Positions 19,147 through 28,375 of a stretch of 64,000 nucleotides of DNA are shown here, in pieces. Below the pieces are notes generated by a model that was given only the letters and a program-made list of their open reading frames with translations, was not told the origin of the DNA and did no database searches. Every line of letters begins with the position of its first letter. Positions within the stretch are counted from its first letter, which is position 1. A program made the translations under genes and the position numbers. The stretch is from an uncultured virus (IMG/VR IMGVR_UViG_3300017991_000058) (Duplodnaviria > Heunggongvirae > Uroviricota > Caudoviricetes), in IMG/VR virus record IMGVR_UViG_3300017991_000058; one strand, given 5' to 3'.

Positions 19147-19388
19147 CGGAGGTCCTCCGTCCGAATGGCGAGTAGGCGCCCGCCGCTGGCGGTAAGGAGG
19201 AGCCCGTCGTCGTCCCTGCGGAACGCCCAAGCTACGCCCTGCTCGTCGGTGAATCGACCGGCCAGCTGGCCGGAGATCAGCTCCCATACCGACGGGTCGA
19301 TGACGGCCCTGAACCGGTTCCCCTTCTCGACGACCCGCAAGGTGCCCCAGGAGTAGTGGCTGATTCGTACGGTGGTCTCGACTGCCAT
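19143..19388 (-). CDS. Hypothetical protein, first gene after promoter cassette 2
   Basis: ATG 19388 after GGAGGG. Confidence 0.6.
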   Translation of the reverse strand: MAVETTVRISHYSWGTLRVVEKGNRFRAVIDPSVWELISGQLAGRFTDEQGVAWAFRRDDDGLLLTASGGRLLAIRTEDLR

Positions 19389-19395
19389 CTTGTCT

Positions 19396-19453
19396 CCCTC
19401 CATCTGCTCTCAACATAGTATACCTAGGGAGACCTGTCAAGAGGGTAATCGAC
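19396..19453 (-). promoter_or_regulatory. Repeated promoter/RBS cassette, copy 2
   Basis: TTGACA(19440-19435)-N17-TATGTT, then AGATGGAGGG. Confidence 0.85.
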
Positions 19454-19466
19454 TGGATCGCGCACA

Positions 19467-19877
19467 CTATTTTCGCCGCGGAGATCTCTGCAGGACCGAC
19501 AGGAGGTCCTCCCGCGACCACAGGACGGCACCGCACTCGCCGCACACGCGGTCGCACGGGTCGTGGTCGTGGGTGCAGCGGACGATCTCCTCCTCCGACG
19601 GAGCCGTGACCGCGGCCACGTACTCGGCTCGAACTCGGCGCCAGTCCCGCCCCGGCTCGCACGACGCCACGACCTCGACGACGACGTCTCCGTCGAGGCG
19701 CAGGACGACGTACTCGGCCGGCAGGTACGTCGAAACCCCCCAGCGGTTGCGGAGCGTCTCACCGCTGCTCCTGGCGGCGACGAACGGCCCGCCGCGCGCC
19801 AACAGCTCCATCGCCCCGGACGTCCCCTTGAACCTGATGCTCGAACCGACGACGACCGTCTCGAACCCAACGTACAT
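19467..19877 (-). CDS. Hypothetical protein with C-terminal Cys/His cluster
   Basis: MYVGFETV...CTHDHDPCDRVCGECG; GGAGG RBS. Confidence 0.55.
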   Translation of the reverse strand: MYVGFETVVVGSSIRFKGTSGAMELLARGGPFVAARSSGETLRNRWGVSTYLPAEYVVLRLDGDVVVEVVASCEPGRDWRRVRAEYVAAVTAPSEEEIVRCTHDHDPCDRVCGECGAVLWSREDLLSVLQRSPRRK

Positions 19878-19879
19878 CG

Positions 19880-20179
19880 TCACCTCCTTCCCGCCCGCAC
19901 GCGGACGACAACCTCGTCGGAGATCGGACGCAGGCGGCACCACTCGTCGGCGACGTCGTCGCGCCACCACACCCACGAGCCCCGGCACAGCCTGCGGTCT
20001 CGCGCGACGACGACGTGCGGAGAGAACATCGGCTCCCCGTCCCGGTCCTCCCACTTGCGCTCGGACGCGATCTCGATCTCGAGCCGTTCGACCGGCTCGC
20101 CGATCGCTCGCGCGAACGCGGTGATGCGTCGATTCAGCTCCGCCGACCGGACCGTGAACGTCATGCTCCCGCTGACCAT
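19880..20179 (-). CDS. Hypothetical protein
   Basis: GGAGGGG RBS. Confidence 0.55.
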   Translation of the reverse strand: MVSGSMTFTVRSAELNRRITAFARAIGEPVERLEIEIASERKWEDRDGEPMFSPHVVVARDRRLCRGSWVWWRDDVADEWCRLRPISDEVVVRVRAGRR

Positions 20180-20194
20180 CGTCGCCCCTCCGTC

Positions 20195-20473
20195 TCACTC
20201 GGCCCGGGCGCCGTCGCGCCAGCAGATCGCGGCGAGCATGTCCGCGGACGTCCGCGGGAAGGCCCGGGTCGACGCCCCGACGGACATCCGCTCCAGCGCC
20301 GCGGCGGACGGCGGGCGCCAGCCGCGGGGCATGTCGAACAGCTCTCGGGTCACGACCTCGCGACGGGAGCCCGCGTCGTCCAGCCAGGCGAACGCGGCGG
20401 GCCACGCGGCGAACCGCTCGACCTTCGTCTCCGGCGCCGCGACGTCCGTCGTCTGCTCGATGCCGTAGATCAT
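20195..20473 (-). CDS. Hypothetical protein
   Basis: ATG 20473 (MIYGIEQ) coupled to the upstream ORF. Confidence 0.5.
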   Translation of the reverse strand: MIYGIEQTTDVAAPETKVERFAAWPAAFAWLDDAGSRREVVTRELFDMPRGWRPPSAAALERMSVGASTRAFPRTSADMLAAICWRDGARAE

Positions 20474-20592
20474 CGGGAGCCCTTCTTCACGCGGGCGTAG
20501 GCGGCGGCGCGGATCTCGTCCCAAAGGTCGTACCCGTCGACGTAGTCGACTCCGTCGTACACGGGGACCGTCTTGGTGATCGTCAGTGCCAT
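20470..20592 (-). CDS. 40-aa protein absent from the ORF track
   Basis: MALTITKTVPVYDGVDYVDGYDLWDEIRAAAYARVKKGSR*; fills the operon gap, coupled stop/start. Confidence 0.5.
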   Translation of the reverse strand: MALTITKTVPVYDGVDYVDGYDLWDEIRAAAYARVKKGSR

Positions 20593-20595
20593 GTC

Positions 20596-20877
20596 CTACT
20601 CCTCCCTCTGCGCCCGAAGGGCGCGCACGACGTGGTAGTAGAGGGCCGTCCGCGGGACGGCCCAGCCGATGTGGTTCTCGAGACCGGTCTCGTCGACCCA
20701 GTAGATCTCCCACGGGCCGGAGCGATACGAGACGGCGACGAATCGGGCGGCGTCGACGTTGAACTCGACGCGCTCGACGGGGTTGGCGCCGACGACGAGA
20801 TGGGCGGGGAAGTCGGCCCATGGATCGTGGGGGGTGAGAACCGAGAGGGCGAAGTCGATGCGGTCGTTGGCGTCCAT
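20596..20877 (-). CDS. Hypothetical protein, first gene after promoter cassette 3
   Basis: ATG 20877 after GGAGG. Confidence 0.6.
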   Translation of the reverse strand: MDANDRIDFALSVLTPHDPWADFPAHLVVGANPVERVEFNVDAARFVAVSYRSGPWEIYWVDETGLENHIGWAVPRTALYYHVVRALRAQREE

Positions 20878-20883
20878 GTCCTG

Positions 20884-20968
20884 CCTCCGTTGCGGCGTTA
20901 GGTATAATCTAGTATACCCTGGGAGACCTGTCAAGAGGGAACGACGGGGATCGCACGGAAAGTTCAGG
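20884..20968 (-). promoter_or_regulatory. Repeated promoter/RBS cassette, copy 3
   Basis: TTGACA(20934-20929)-N17-TAGATT, same GTATAC core. Confidence 0.8.
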
Positions 20969-21052
20969 CAGAGATCTCCTCGAGAATGGGGGTGAGCTGA
21001 TCCTCGGCCGCCGCGGCGCGGCCGGAGCTCTCTGCGTGGTGGCGCTTCCAGG

Positions 21053-21238
21053 TCATCGACCCGCCCTCTCGCGCGCCGCGCAGACCTCGCAGCGGAGCCC
21101 GGCGGCCGCCGCCGCGGAGACCTCGGCGGGCGTCATCCGCCTCCAGCGCTCGCCGCGCCAGGTGTCCGACCCCCGAGCGGGAGAGTGCCGCCCGCAGGCG
21201 ACCTCCCCCCGCTCGGACCAGTAGAGCTCTGCGCTCAT
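21053..21238 (-). CDS. Small Cys/His protein
   Basis: MSAELYWSERGEVACGRH...CEVC. Confidence 0.5.
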   Translation of the reverse strand: MSAELYWSERGEVACGRHSPARGSDTWRGERWRRMTPAEVSAAAAAGLRCEVCAARERAGR

Positions 21239-22527
21239 CGGACGGCCCCGGCCGCGGTCTCGTCGCCCATCTCGACGTACGCCCCGCAGGCCATGCACTT
21301 CCAGTCGGGGGCCGTCTCGCCGTTGCTGGCCACGTCGAAGGAGCCGCAGGCACGGCAGCACGGCTTGAGCTCGACGGCCGCCCCGCAGACGACCGAGACG
21401 ACGGCGTCCGTCGTCAGGCCGGCGGCGGACGCGTCGACGATCCCGTTGGTCAGGACGGCCTCGCCGTTGTGGTAGTCGGCGAGGACGCGCTTGTCGACGA
21501 GCGAGCGGAGGCGGTCCGGGATGTGGACGCCGGACGGGAGCCCGACGACGAAGTCGATGCAGGGGTCGTCGAAGTCGACGCGGCCGCGGTCGTCGGCGGA
21601 GTCGACGACGAACGAGAGCACCCGGAGCTCGTCCGCGCTCAGAGCGGCCCGCGGGATCGCGGCGACGATCTCGGCCTCGTCCTCGCTCGAGACGAAGACC
21701 GCGTCGAGAGGCCGCTCGGGGGCGGGCTCGGCGACGGGGCCGAAGACGTGCGCCCGGAGCCGCTCGACGGCGGCCCGGCCCAGGCCGACGAGGTCCGCGT
21801 CGATGGCCCGCCGGACCTCCTCGTCCGAGTAGTCGGCGACCTTGTCGTCGACCATCCGGAGGATCGCCGCGTCGGCGGCGGGGTTCTCGGCCATCGCCCT
21901 GACGGCGGAGCAGAGGAAGTCGGCGAGGACGGAGTGGGCGTCGACGAGGCACCGGATCTCGACGGGCTCGGTCTCCTCGCGACGGGCCCTGGCCTCGGCC
22001 TCGGCGAGGGCGACGAACCGCTCGGCGGACGCAATGTCGATCTCGACGACGTCGTCGTCGTAGCGGGCGACCCCGGCGTCGACGCCGGCGGCGCGGAGAG
22101 CGTCGAGAACGTCCTCCATGCGCCGCTCGCGCCTCTCGGCGGCCGCGACCCGCGCCCGGTCCTCGTCGGTCGCCAGACGGTAGCGGACGTCTCCGCGGCC
22201 GCGGCGGCTGTTCGGGTAGACCTCCTGCAGGACGACGGCCTCGACCATCAGCCGCAGGCGGCGGTCCAGCAGGTCGTGGGCCCTGCGGACGGTCGAGATC
22301 GCCGCGTGGTACGGCGAGCGCCCCGAGACCGAGTCGAGCAGGCTCTCGTACTCGGTCTCGGCCTTCCGCCGGCCTACGATCCCGACCGCGGAGGCGATAG
22401 CCCCGGCGGTCTTCGGAGCGCCTCGGCTCAGCGCGGCGACGATGTGGTCGTGCGCCAGCCCGGCGGTGATCTCGGTCTCGCTAACGGTCACGGTGGTGCG
22501 GCCCCTCTTGCTGCGTGCGATTGCCAT
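21235..22527 (-). CDS. Multi-domain hypothetical protein with possible winged-helix region and C-terminal zinc ribbon
   Basis: ATG 22527 after cassette 4; CRACG...CMACG. Confidence 0.6.
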   Translation of the reverse strand: MAIARSKRGRTTVTVSETEITAGLAHDHIVAALSRGAPKTAGAIASAVGIVGRRKAETEYESLLDSVSGRSPYHAAISTVRRAHDLLDRRLRLMVEAVVLQEVYPNSRRGRGDVRYRLATDEDRARVAAAERRERRMEDVLDALRAAGVDAGVARYDDDVVEIDIASAERFVALAEAEARARREETEPVEIRCLVDAHSVLADFLCSAVRAMAENPAADAAILRMVDDKVADYSDEEVRRAIDADLVGLGRAAVERLRAHVFGPVAEPAPERPLDAVFVSSEDEAEIVAAIPRAALSADELRVLSFVVDSADDRGRVDFDDPCIDFVVGLPSGVHIPDRLRSLVDKRVLADYHNGEAVLTNGIVDASAAGLTTDAVVSVVCGAAVELKPCCRACGSFDVASNGETAPDWKCMACGAYVEMGDETAAGAVR

Positions 22528-22534
22528 CTCGTTT

Positions 22535-22617
22535 CCCTCCATCTGCCTTCAATATAGTATACCCTAGGAGACCTGTCAAGAGGAAATCGACGGGGGGAGT
22601 CGAAAAGATCTCCCCCC
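22535..22617 (-). promoter_or_regulatory. Repeated promoter/RBS cassette, copy 4
   Basis: TTGACA(22579-22574)-N17-TATATT, then AGATGGAGGG. Confidence 0.85.
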
Positions 22618-22628
22618 GCCGATCTCCG

Positions 22629-23060
22629 CTAGTCCAGGATGCGGACGCCGCGGCGGGAGGCCGGCGCGACCCAGAGAGCCATGCGGCGCGCGGCCGGCGT
22701 CTCCTCGTCGCCGTCGACGAGGTAGACGCGGAGCCCGGTGCGGATGGCGACGCCCTCGGCGGAGAACGGCGACGCGTAGAAGAGATGCATCGGACCGGCC
22801 GAGGTGAAGACGAGACGAACGTACGTCGTGTTGTTGAACAGCTTGATCGCCTCGATCTGGGCCCCGCGGTTGCCGGTCTCCTCGAAGTCCCGGCGGGCGA
22901 TGGCCTCGCGGGCGTAGACGGGCTCGGCGTCGGCGACTGCGGCGGCGAGCTCCGCGGCCGCGGCGTCGACGACGGCCTTGGGGAGCGCCGCGAAGGTCTC
23001 GGCGGCGGCGGTGAGAACTGCGGTTGCGGTTGCGGCGACTGCGGCGATGACTGCGTCCAT
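22629..23060 (-). CDS. Hypothetical protein, first gene after promoter cassette 5
   Basis: ATG 23060 after GGAGGG. Confidence 0.6.
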   Translation of the reverse strand: MDAVIAAVAATATAVLTAAAETFAALPKAVVDAAAAELAAAVADAEPVYAREAIARRDFEETGNRGAQIEAIKLFNNTTYVRLVFTSAGPMHLFYASPFSAEGVAIRTGLRVYLVDGDEETPAARRMALWVAPASRRGVRILD

Positions 23061-23067
23061 TTCGTTT

Positions 23068-23155
23068 CCCTCCATCTGCCTATCAGCTTAGTATACCGGC
23101 GGGGACCTGTCAAGAGGAAATCGACCGGGGAGGGCGAGAAAGTTCAGGGGGGAGA
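23068..23155 (-). promoter_or_regulatory. Repeated promoter/RBS cassette, copy 5
   Basis: TTGACA(23113-23108)-N17-TAAGCT, then AGATGGAGGG. Confidence 0.85.
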
Positions 23156-23533
23156 TCTGCCCCCGTCGACCGGAATGGCGGAGCGGACGGGGCACGGCGC
23201 CGGAAGGGGGCACTCGCAGACGGGGCAGGGCGGGCAGACCTCGACGATCTCGATCCCGTCGTCGGTCTGAACGGGAACGCGCTCCGGCCGGCGCTCGTCT
23301 CCCTTTCCGATGAGATCGCCGAGACTCGTGATGTTCTCGGCGGGGGCCCAGACGAGCAGGACGGCCAGCGAGAGGGCGAGCAGGCCGAATGAGAACGCGA
23401 CGACGGCGGCGACGATCATCGCGCTCCGGTTCGTCGCCGGCATCCGGACCTCGATGCCCGGCAGCTTCAGCTCGATCTCTCCGCGGCTGTCGGTGTTCTC
23501 GACGAGCGGCCGACGCTTCTTCTTCGAGGACAT
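23144..23533 (-). CDS. Single-pass membrane protein with Cys/Pro-rich tail
   Basis: MSSKKKRR...; hydrophobic MIVAAVVAFSFGLLALSLAVLLVW; CPPCPVCECP. Confidence 0.6.
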   Translation of the reverse strand: MSSKKKRRPLVENTDSRGEIELKLPGIEVRMPATNRSAMIVAAVVAFSFGLLALSLAVLLVWAPAENITSLGDLIGKGDERRPERVPVQTDDGIEIVEVCPPCPVCECPLPAPCPVRSAIPVDGGRSPP

Positions 23534-23760
23534 CAGCGACGGCCGACGTTCACTACGGCCGGGATCAGTCCGAGGTCGACGAGGTGCTGGATCGAGCTCC
23601 CGACGGCGTCGTCCGGAGCCCCAATACGGTCGGCGAGCTCGCGCAGGTCGTCCACGAAACCGTCGGGCACGAACGCGACGGTTCCAGGAGCGAGACCCTC
23701 TGAGGAGACGGCTCGGACGCGGAGACCGCACCCGAAGTCGACAACGACGTCATCTGCCAT
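23533..23760 (-). CDS. Small hypothetical protein
   Basis: Coupled in operon. Confidence 0.45.
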   Translation of the reverse strand: MADDVVVDFGCGLRVRAVSSEGLAPGTVAFVPDGFVDDLRELADRIGAPDDAVGSSIQHLVDLGLIPAVVNVGRR

Positions 23761-23965
23761 CGCCGCCGGCCCAGCCCTTCTCGTTCGCGACGAGCCTCGC
23801 CGCGGCGTCGGCGTCCACCCGATCGAACCCTAGATCGGAGACGAACAGCTCCACGTCTCGGGCCACCTCGTCCGGGAGGACGGCGCCGCGGAAGTGAGAG
23901 AGCATCACCATGAACTGGCCCAGCTCTCTCGGCTCGTACGCCTCTGTGATCATCAGCGCGCACAT
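23750..23965 (-). CDS. Small hypothetical protein
   Basis: Extended -10 TGCTACAAT and GAGG upstream. Confidence 0.5.
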   Translation of the reverse strand: MCALMITEAYEPRELGQFMVMLSHFRGAVLPDEVARDVELFVSDLGFDRVDADAAARLVANEKGWAGGDGR

Positions 23966-24011
23966 GTCGCTCTACCTCGCGTCGTATTGTAGCACGCCGC
24001 ACCCGTAGACG

Positions 24012-24434
24012 TTACTGCTCACCGAGCTCGACGACGCGCATTGACAGCTTCGGGGCGTTGACCCCCCCGGTCACGACGCGGGGGAACCCGGCGCGTTCGT
24101 ACTGCACGTCGGCGATGGTCCAGTCGACCGAAGCGAAGGACTCGATCTCGAACAGGCGAGAGGGCCCCCCGCAGCCCAGGTCGGAGACAAGGACGAACGC
24201 ATACGTCCCGAAGTCCCCGAATCCGCACGGGTCGGGCAGGTCGAGGAGTGTCAGGTCCAAGACGCCGGCCGCCCTGCAGTCGTCCGGGGCGGACGTCAGG
24301 TCGGACGAGACGCAGGCCAGCTCGAACACGCCGCGATCGGCGCCTCCTAGCCTCCACGCCGCCAGGCGGGCCGCGAGGTCGTCGCGGTCCGCGCCGAACA
24401 CAGCGACCATTCGGTACGCCATGCGGACCGTCAC
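24012..24434 (-). CDS. RLG-motif family protein (weak form)
   Basis: DDLAARLAAWRLGG; ends EQ* on the GAGCAGTAAC motif. Confidence 0.55.
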   Translation of the reverse strand: MTVRMAYRMVAVFGADRDDLAARLAAWRLGGADRGVFELACVSSDLTSAPDDCRAAGVLDLTLLDLPDPCGFGDFGTYAFVLVSDLGCGGPSRLFEIESFASVDWTIADVQYERAGFPRVVTGGVNAPKLSMRVVELGEQ

Positions 24435-24724
24435 GGCCGCGGCCTCCGCTCGAGCGCGTCGAGCCGCCTCTCGACGGTGTCTATCCGCTCGACGACCGCG
24501 CGCAGTGTGGCGGCGAGAGAGAAGACCTCGTCGACCGCATAGACGGCCCTCCGCACCGCGTACGCGAAGTGGGAGACGCCGGGCGACTGACCGGCCCAGC
24601 TCTCGAACATGTCGTTCGGAACGGCGTCGACGACGGCGCGCTCGAGCGAGTCGTCTCCGAGCCTCCTGGCGGCGTCTCGCTCGGCGACGGCGGCAAGCAG
24701 CCAGTGCGGCGCGCGGTAGGTCAC
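24431..24724 (-). CDS. Hypothetical coiled-coil protein
   Basis: Coupled GTGA overlaps. Confidence 0.5.
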   Translation of the reverse strand: MTYRAPHWLLAAVAERDAARRLGDDSLERAVVDAVPNDMFESWAGQSPGVSHFAYAVRRAVYAVDEVFSLAATLRAVVERIDTVERRLDALERRPRP

Positions 24725-25533
24725 CCGTCGTCGTCTCCGGACGGCGCCGGGACTCTCGGGGGCGGGTCCAGTCCGAGGTCCGCCGGCCCGTCGTCAGGCG
24801 GCTGGAATGGGGTGAACGTCCCGCACCTGACCCCGTCCGGGTTCGGGTCGTCCTCGAGCATGGCGGACAGCTCGGCGTGGCGGGCGGCGAGCTCGCCGAC
24901 GTAGTGGCCGACGCCGCGCGACGGGTCGGGGCGCCCGCATCCGAGAGCCTCGACTGCGACCCAGAAGCACTCGTTCAGCTCTCTCTCAGCCGGAGCCGGA
25001 TCGACGCGCTCGGCCGGCCAGACGTCCGTCGGACCGAGCTCCCACCCGTCCCGTCGACCGGAGCCGTCGGCGGACGCCGCGGCGGGCGTCGCCCACATCG
25101 CCGCGTCGAGACGGACCACGGGCCGCCCCCGCTCGTCGACGCACACCACCGTGGCGCCGGACCCGGCGGCCCCTCCGGGAACCCCTAGGTCGACGAGAAC
25201 GTCGCGCCGGACCCCGACGCGGTCTCCTACCGACGGAACGTACGGCTTGAACGTCACAGGCCCTCCATCCTCCCCACAGGTCCGAACACCGAACACCAGA
25301 TTGAACGTCGTTCCCTCGCAGATCAAGAACGGACCGCGAGCGGGTCTCAGCCCGCCGCCGCACCTAGGGCACTCCGTCGGTGCGAAGACGAACCCAAACG
25401 GCGCGGAGCACGTCGCGCACCGATAGCAGCCGATCTCACCTCCGAGCCGCCGCGCGGAGACCTCGGCGGCGGACGACGGGAGCACGAGAACCTCCGGCTC
25501 GGGCGGCGTCGGCGGGTCCACCTGGCGCGTCAC
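24721..25533 (-). CDS. Hypothetical protein with zinc ribbon and SH3-like segment
   Basis: CATC...CPRCG; VGDRVGV. Confidence 0.55.
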   Translation of the reverse strand: MTRQVDPPTPPEPEVLVLPSSAAEVSARRLGGEIGCYRCATCSAPFGFVFAPTECPRCGGGLRPARGPFLICEGTTFNLVFGVRTCGEDGGPVTFKPYVPSVGDRVGVRRDVLVDLGVPGGAAGSGATVVCVDERGRPVVRLDAAMWATPAAASADGSGRRDGWELGPTDVWPAERVDPAPAERELNECFWVAVEALGCGRPDPSRGVGHYVGELAARHAELSAMLEDDPNPDGVRCGTFTPFQPPDDGPADLGLDPPPRVPAPSGDDDG

Positions 25534-26105
25534 CCGGCGAGACGTCGAGCCAGCCGCGCGTTCGCGTCGATGGCCATCAGGGCGCAGAGACGGTCGTCGT
25601 CGTCGAGCCACGGGACGACCCTGGCGATATCCGGGGCCAGGGCGGCGAGACGCGAGACCAGCCCGTCGGTCCCCTCTCCGGCCTTCCCGTTCTGCTTGAG
25701 CTCCAGCTGGACCGGGTTCCTGTACGGCACGGAGCGGACCGCAGGGACGGTCGACAGGTCGCGGCGCGACTTCGGCTCGGGCGCGGCGTCCTCCCCGGGC
25801 TCGACCGCGAGCTCGTCGTCCGTGACGGGGTCAGCCTCCGTCTCCGTCTCCGCAGCCTCGGACTCGACCGGGAACCAGAGCTTGTTCCGCGACCGCCCGT
25901 CGAGCTGGGCGACGACGTCCTGAGACTGGAGTCCCTTCAGGAACCCCCTGACCGTCTGAGAGACGTTCAGGAGGGCCCGCTTGTCGCCCGTCCGCCGCTT
26001 GTACACGACGGCGATGTCTTTGGCCACGACGGCCCCTCCGTTCGCCCTGTTCAGGTCTCTCAGGATCTGCAGGACCATGGCCCGCCCCTTCTCGTCGAAC
26101 TTCAC
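25530..26105 (-). CDS. Possible winged-helix DNA-binding protein
   Basis: AGGAGG RBS; basic N-terminal helix-rich domain, acidic linker. Confidence 0.5.
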   Translation of the reverse strand: MKFDEKGRAMVLQILRDLNRANGGAVVAKDIAVVYKRRTGDKRALLNVSQTVRGFLKGLQSQDVVAQLDGRSRNKLWFPVESEAAETETEADPVTDDELAVEPGEDAAPEPKSRRDLSTVPAVRSVPYRNPVQLELKQNGKAGEGTDGLVSRLAALAPDIARVVPWLDDDDRLCALMAIDANARLARRLAG

Positions 26106-26120
26106 GGAGTCCTCCTATCT

Positions 26121-26510
26121 TCAGTCCTCGACGCGGACCAGCTCGCCGACGAAAACAGCTCCGTCGAGCGCGAATCCGCTGTCGGACGCGTCCAGCCTGA
26201 GCGCCGGGAGCGGCGGGCCGTCGGTCCGAAACGTCATGCGGCGCGCGCTGCCGTTCCTGGACCTCATCCCGATCCTGACCCATCGGACGGCGGACAGCTG
26301 CTCCACCAGCGGTCGCACCTTCGTGCTCGCGGCGACGTAGATCCTCACCGAGCGCCCGTCCACCTCTACTCTCGCCGCTCCGATCCCCCCGTCGCCGAGC
26401 CGGAGCGCGGCGTCCGTGGCGTCGAGAGCGTCCTCCGACGACGCCCCCTCGACCGTGAACAGGTGCGCCCTGAGCCCGAACTCGGAGAGCCGAACGGGGC
26501 TATCGGCCAC
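26121..26510 (-). CDS. RLG-motif family protein
   Basis: DALDATDAALRLGDGG. Confidence 0.5.
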   Translation of the reverse strand: MADSPVRLSEFGLRAHLFTVEGASSEDALDATDAALRLGDGGIGAARVEVDGRSVRIYVAASTKVRPLVEQLSAVRWVRIGMRSRNGSARRMTFRTDGPPLPALRLDASDSGFALDGAVFVGELVRVED

Positions 26511-26730
26511 GACGACCCCCGACCCCGAGCGCCCGCTCGAACAGGACGTCGGCGAGGAAGAACGCGATCCCGAACGCCGCGAGGGCGTCGGCCGGAACCC
26601 CGAGCACGTCGTCGCCGTCGAGCGCGACGACGGCGGCGCCCGCCCCGAGCCCGAAGCCGACCCCGAGCAGCTTCCACAGCAGCGTCCGGCCAAGCCTGCG
26701 CGCAGACGTCTCGAGCGGTGCGTCGGTCAT
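26500..26730 (-). CDS. Small two-helix membrane protein
   Basis: Two hydrophobic segments. Confidence 0.5.
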   Translation of the reverse strand: MTDAPLETSARRLGRTLLWKLLGVGFGLGAGAAVVALDGDDVLGVPADALAAFGIAFFLADVLFERALGVGGRRGR

Positions 26731-26891
26731 CGACGGAACCTGGCCGCGCCGCGGTCGCCCTTCAGCTCGTATCCGAGCTCGGCCGCGGCCTTCCTGATGG
26801 GTGCGGAGTGGTGACAGTTGTCCGACTCGCTCCAGAGCTTGTGGGCGCAGGTTCCGCAGCGCCGATCGTCCGGTCTGCTGGCCATGGTCCG

Positions 26892-27428
26892 TCACCCCCC
26901 GAATCCGGTCTCGATCACGGCGATCGTCGGGTTCGTCGTCTCGTGGAGCATCCCGCGAGCCTCGGCGAGCACGCGAGCCGCCCACAGGTCCGGATCGGCG
27001 GCGGCGAGCGGGAGACCCGACTTGTAGTCCCCGTCGGGCCCGCGGCGGGCGATCACCGTCTCGCGCGGGCCCGTGCCCACCTGCGGGTGGTACCAGAGGT
27101 CGACCCCGCGGGCGTGGCCCAGGAACGTGCAGATGTCGCAGTCGTGCTCGTGGACCGGAGACTCTCGCCCCAGATCGTCGGCGCTCCTGAGCGTCAGCCG
27201 TCCGTCGGAGACGGCCCGCTCCAGCGCCACGACGAGCCCGTCCCCAAGCCTGCGGAGAGAGCCCCGCCCGTGGACCGGCCCGGCGGCTACGCGGCCGCGG
27301 ACGATCTCGTCCAGCACGGCGCGGTGCTCCTCCGAGTCTTCGATCCGCGGGTCGAAGGCTATCTCGACCTTTCCGACGGTCCTCACGGCGGACAGGAACA
27401 CGCGGACGGCGACGTCATCTCCAGTCAT
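26892..27428 (-). CDS. Hypothetical protein
   Basis: ATG 27428; HEHDCDICTFLG. Confidence 0.55.
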   Translation of the reverse strand: MTGDDVAVRVFLSAVRTVGKVEIAFDPRIEDSEEHRAVLDEIVRGRVAAGPVHGRGSLRRLGDGLVVALERAVSDGRLTLRSADDLGRESPVHEHDCDICTFLGHARGVDLWYHPQVGTGPRETVIARRGPDGDYKSGLPLAAADPDLWAARVLAEARGMLHETTNPTIAVIETGFGG

Positions 27429-27826
27429 TCCGAGCTCCCTTCGTCGGCCAGGACCCCGCGGTCTCTGAGCGCCCCGACAAGGGCGTCGGCGGCCGCCGAC
27501 AGGGCCTTGCACGCCTCGGGGTCCGCGCGGCCGATCTGAGACAGGCTCCGCCAGCGGTCGGCGAGATCGACGAGCGACACGACGAGCTCGTCGACGGTGA
27601 CCCCGTCGCCGCCCGATTCGGCCGGTTCGACGTCGGTCCGGAGGCGCCCGACGATCTCGGCAGCGTAGGCGGCCAGGTGCGGGTTGGAGTAGCTCACGGA
27701 CGAGAGCCGGCCAACCTTCTCGGCCTCGACGACGATCCTCTCCGCCCGCCCGCCCGGTAGCTCGTCGCGAAGCAGGTCGTAGACGAACGCGACGAGCGGA
27801 TCGGCCCGCGCCGTGACCGGAGTCAC
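27425..27826 (-). CDS. Hypothetical protein
   Basis: Coupled overlaps. Confidence 0.55.
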   Translation of the reverse strand: MTPVTARADPLVAFVYDLLRDELPGGRAERIVVEAEKVGRLSSVSYSNPHLAAYAAEIVGRLRTDVEPAESGGDGVTVDELVVSLVDLADRWRSLSQIGRADPEACKALSAAADALVGALRDRGVLADEGSSE

Positions 27827-28212
27827 CCGCGGCCCCGCAGGGCTCGGGACAGCTCGTTGGCGCAGCTTATCAGGGCGGTCCGCTCCTCAAGACGGTCGGG
27901 GTGGCTCTCCGCGGCCTCCTTGTGCCACCGACCGACCAGCGCCGCGACGGGATCTGGACGGACGATGCTGGCCAACTTCACCCGGGCCAGGCTCAGCTCG
28001 AGGTTCTTGATGGCCCGCCGGCGGTTAGCGCTCCGCCGCCGCGCCCTGTCGCGCTCCTCCTCCGCCTTGACCAGCGCGGCGTGGAGATCCCTGGCGAGAG
28101 ACTTCAGGGGCGACAGCACGGCGCTGGCGTCCTCGTGAGCGAACCGCCGATCCAGCTCGGACCGCTTCGACCCCTTCCGCGGCTCGGCCGCGTCCTTCGA
28201 CAGCATCAGCAT
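27823..28212 (-). CDS. Hypothetical coiled-coil protein
   Basis: AGGAG RBS. Confidence 0.55.
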   Translation of the reverse strand: MLMLSKDAAEPRKGSKRSELDRRFAHEDASAVLSPLKSLARDLHAALVKAEEERDRARRRSANRRRAIKNLELSLARVKLASIVRPDPVAALVGRWHKEAAESHPDRLEERTALISCANELSRALRGRG

Positions 28213-28375
28213 GTCTCCTTCTCCTCCTCATCCGCATCCGACAGGCTCGAGGCGTACGCCTCGAGCTCGTCCACGCCGAACTTCTCCTCCGCCAGGCAGA
28301 CGTCGTCCGCCAGCGCAGACAGTCTCTCCAGATACCCGACCGGAATCGGCGATCCGTCTATGAACCTCCGCGCGG

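Noticed and set aside
18431..23155. Five dispersed repeats as a CRISPR array
   Set aside because: Spacing is 0.5-1.6 kb with genes in between, the copies are degenerate and match promoter architecture, and no cas genes were seen.
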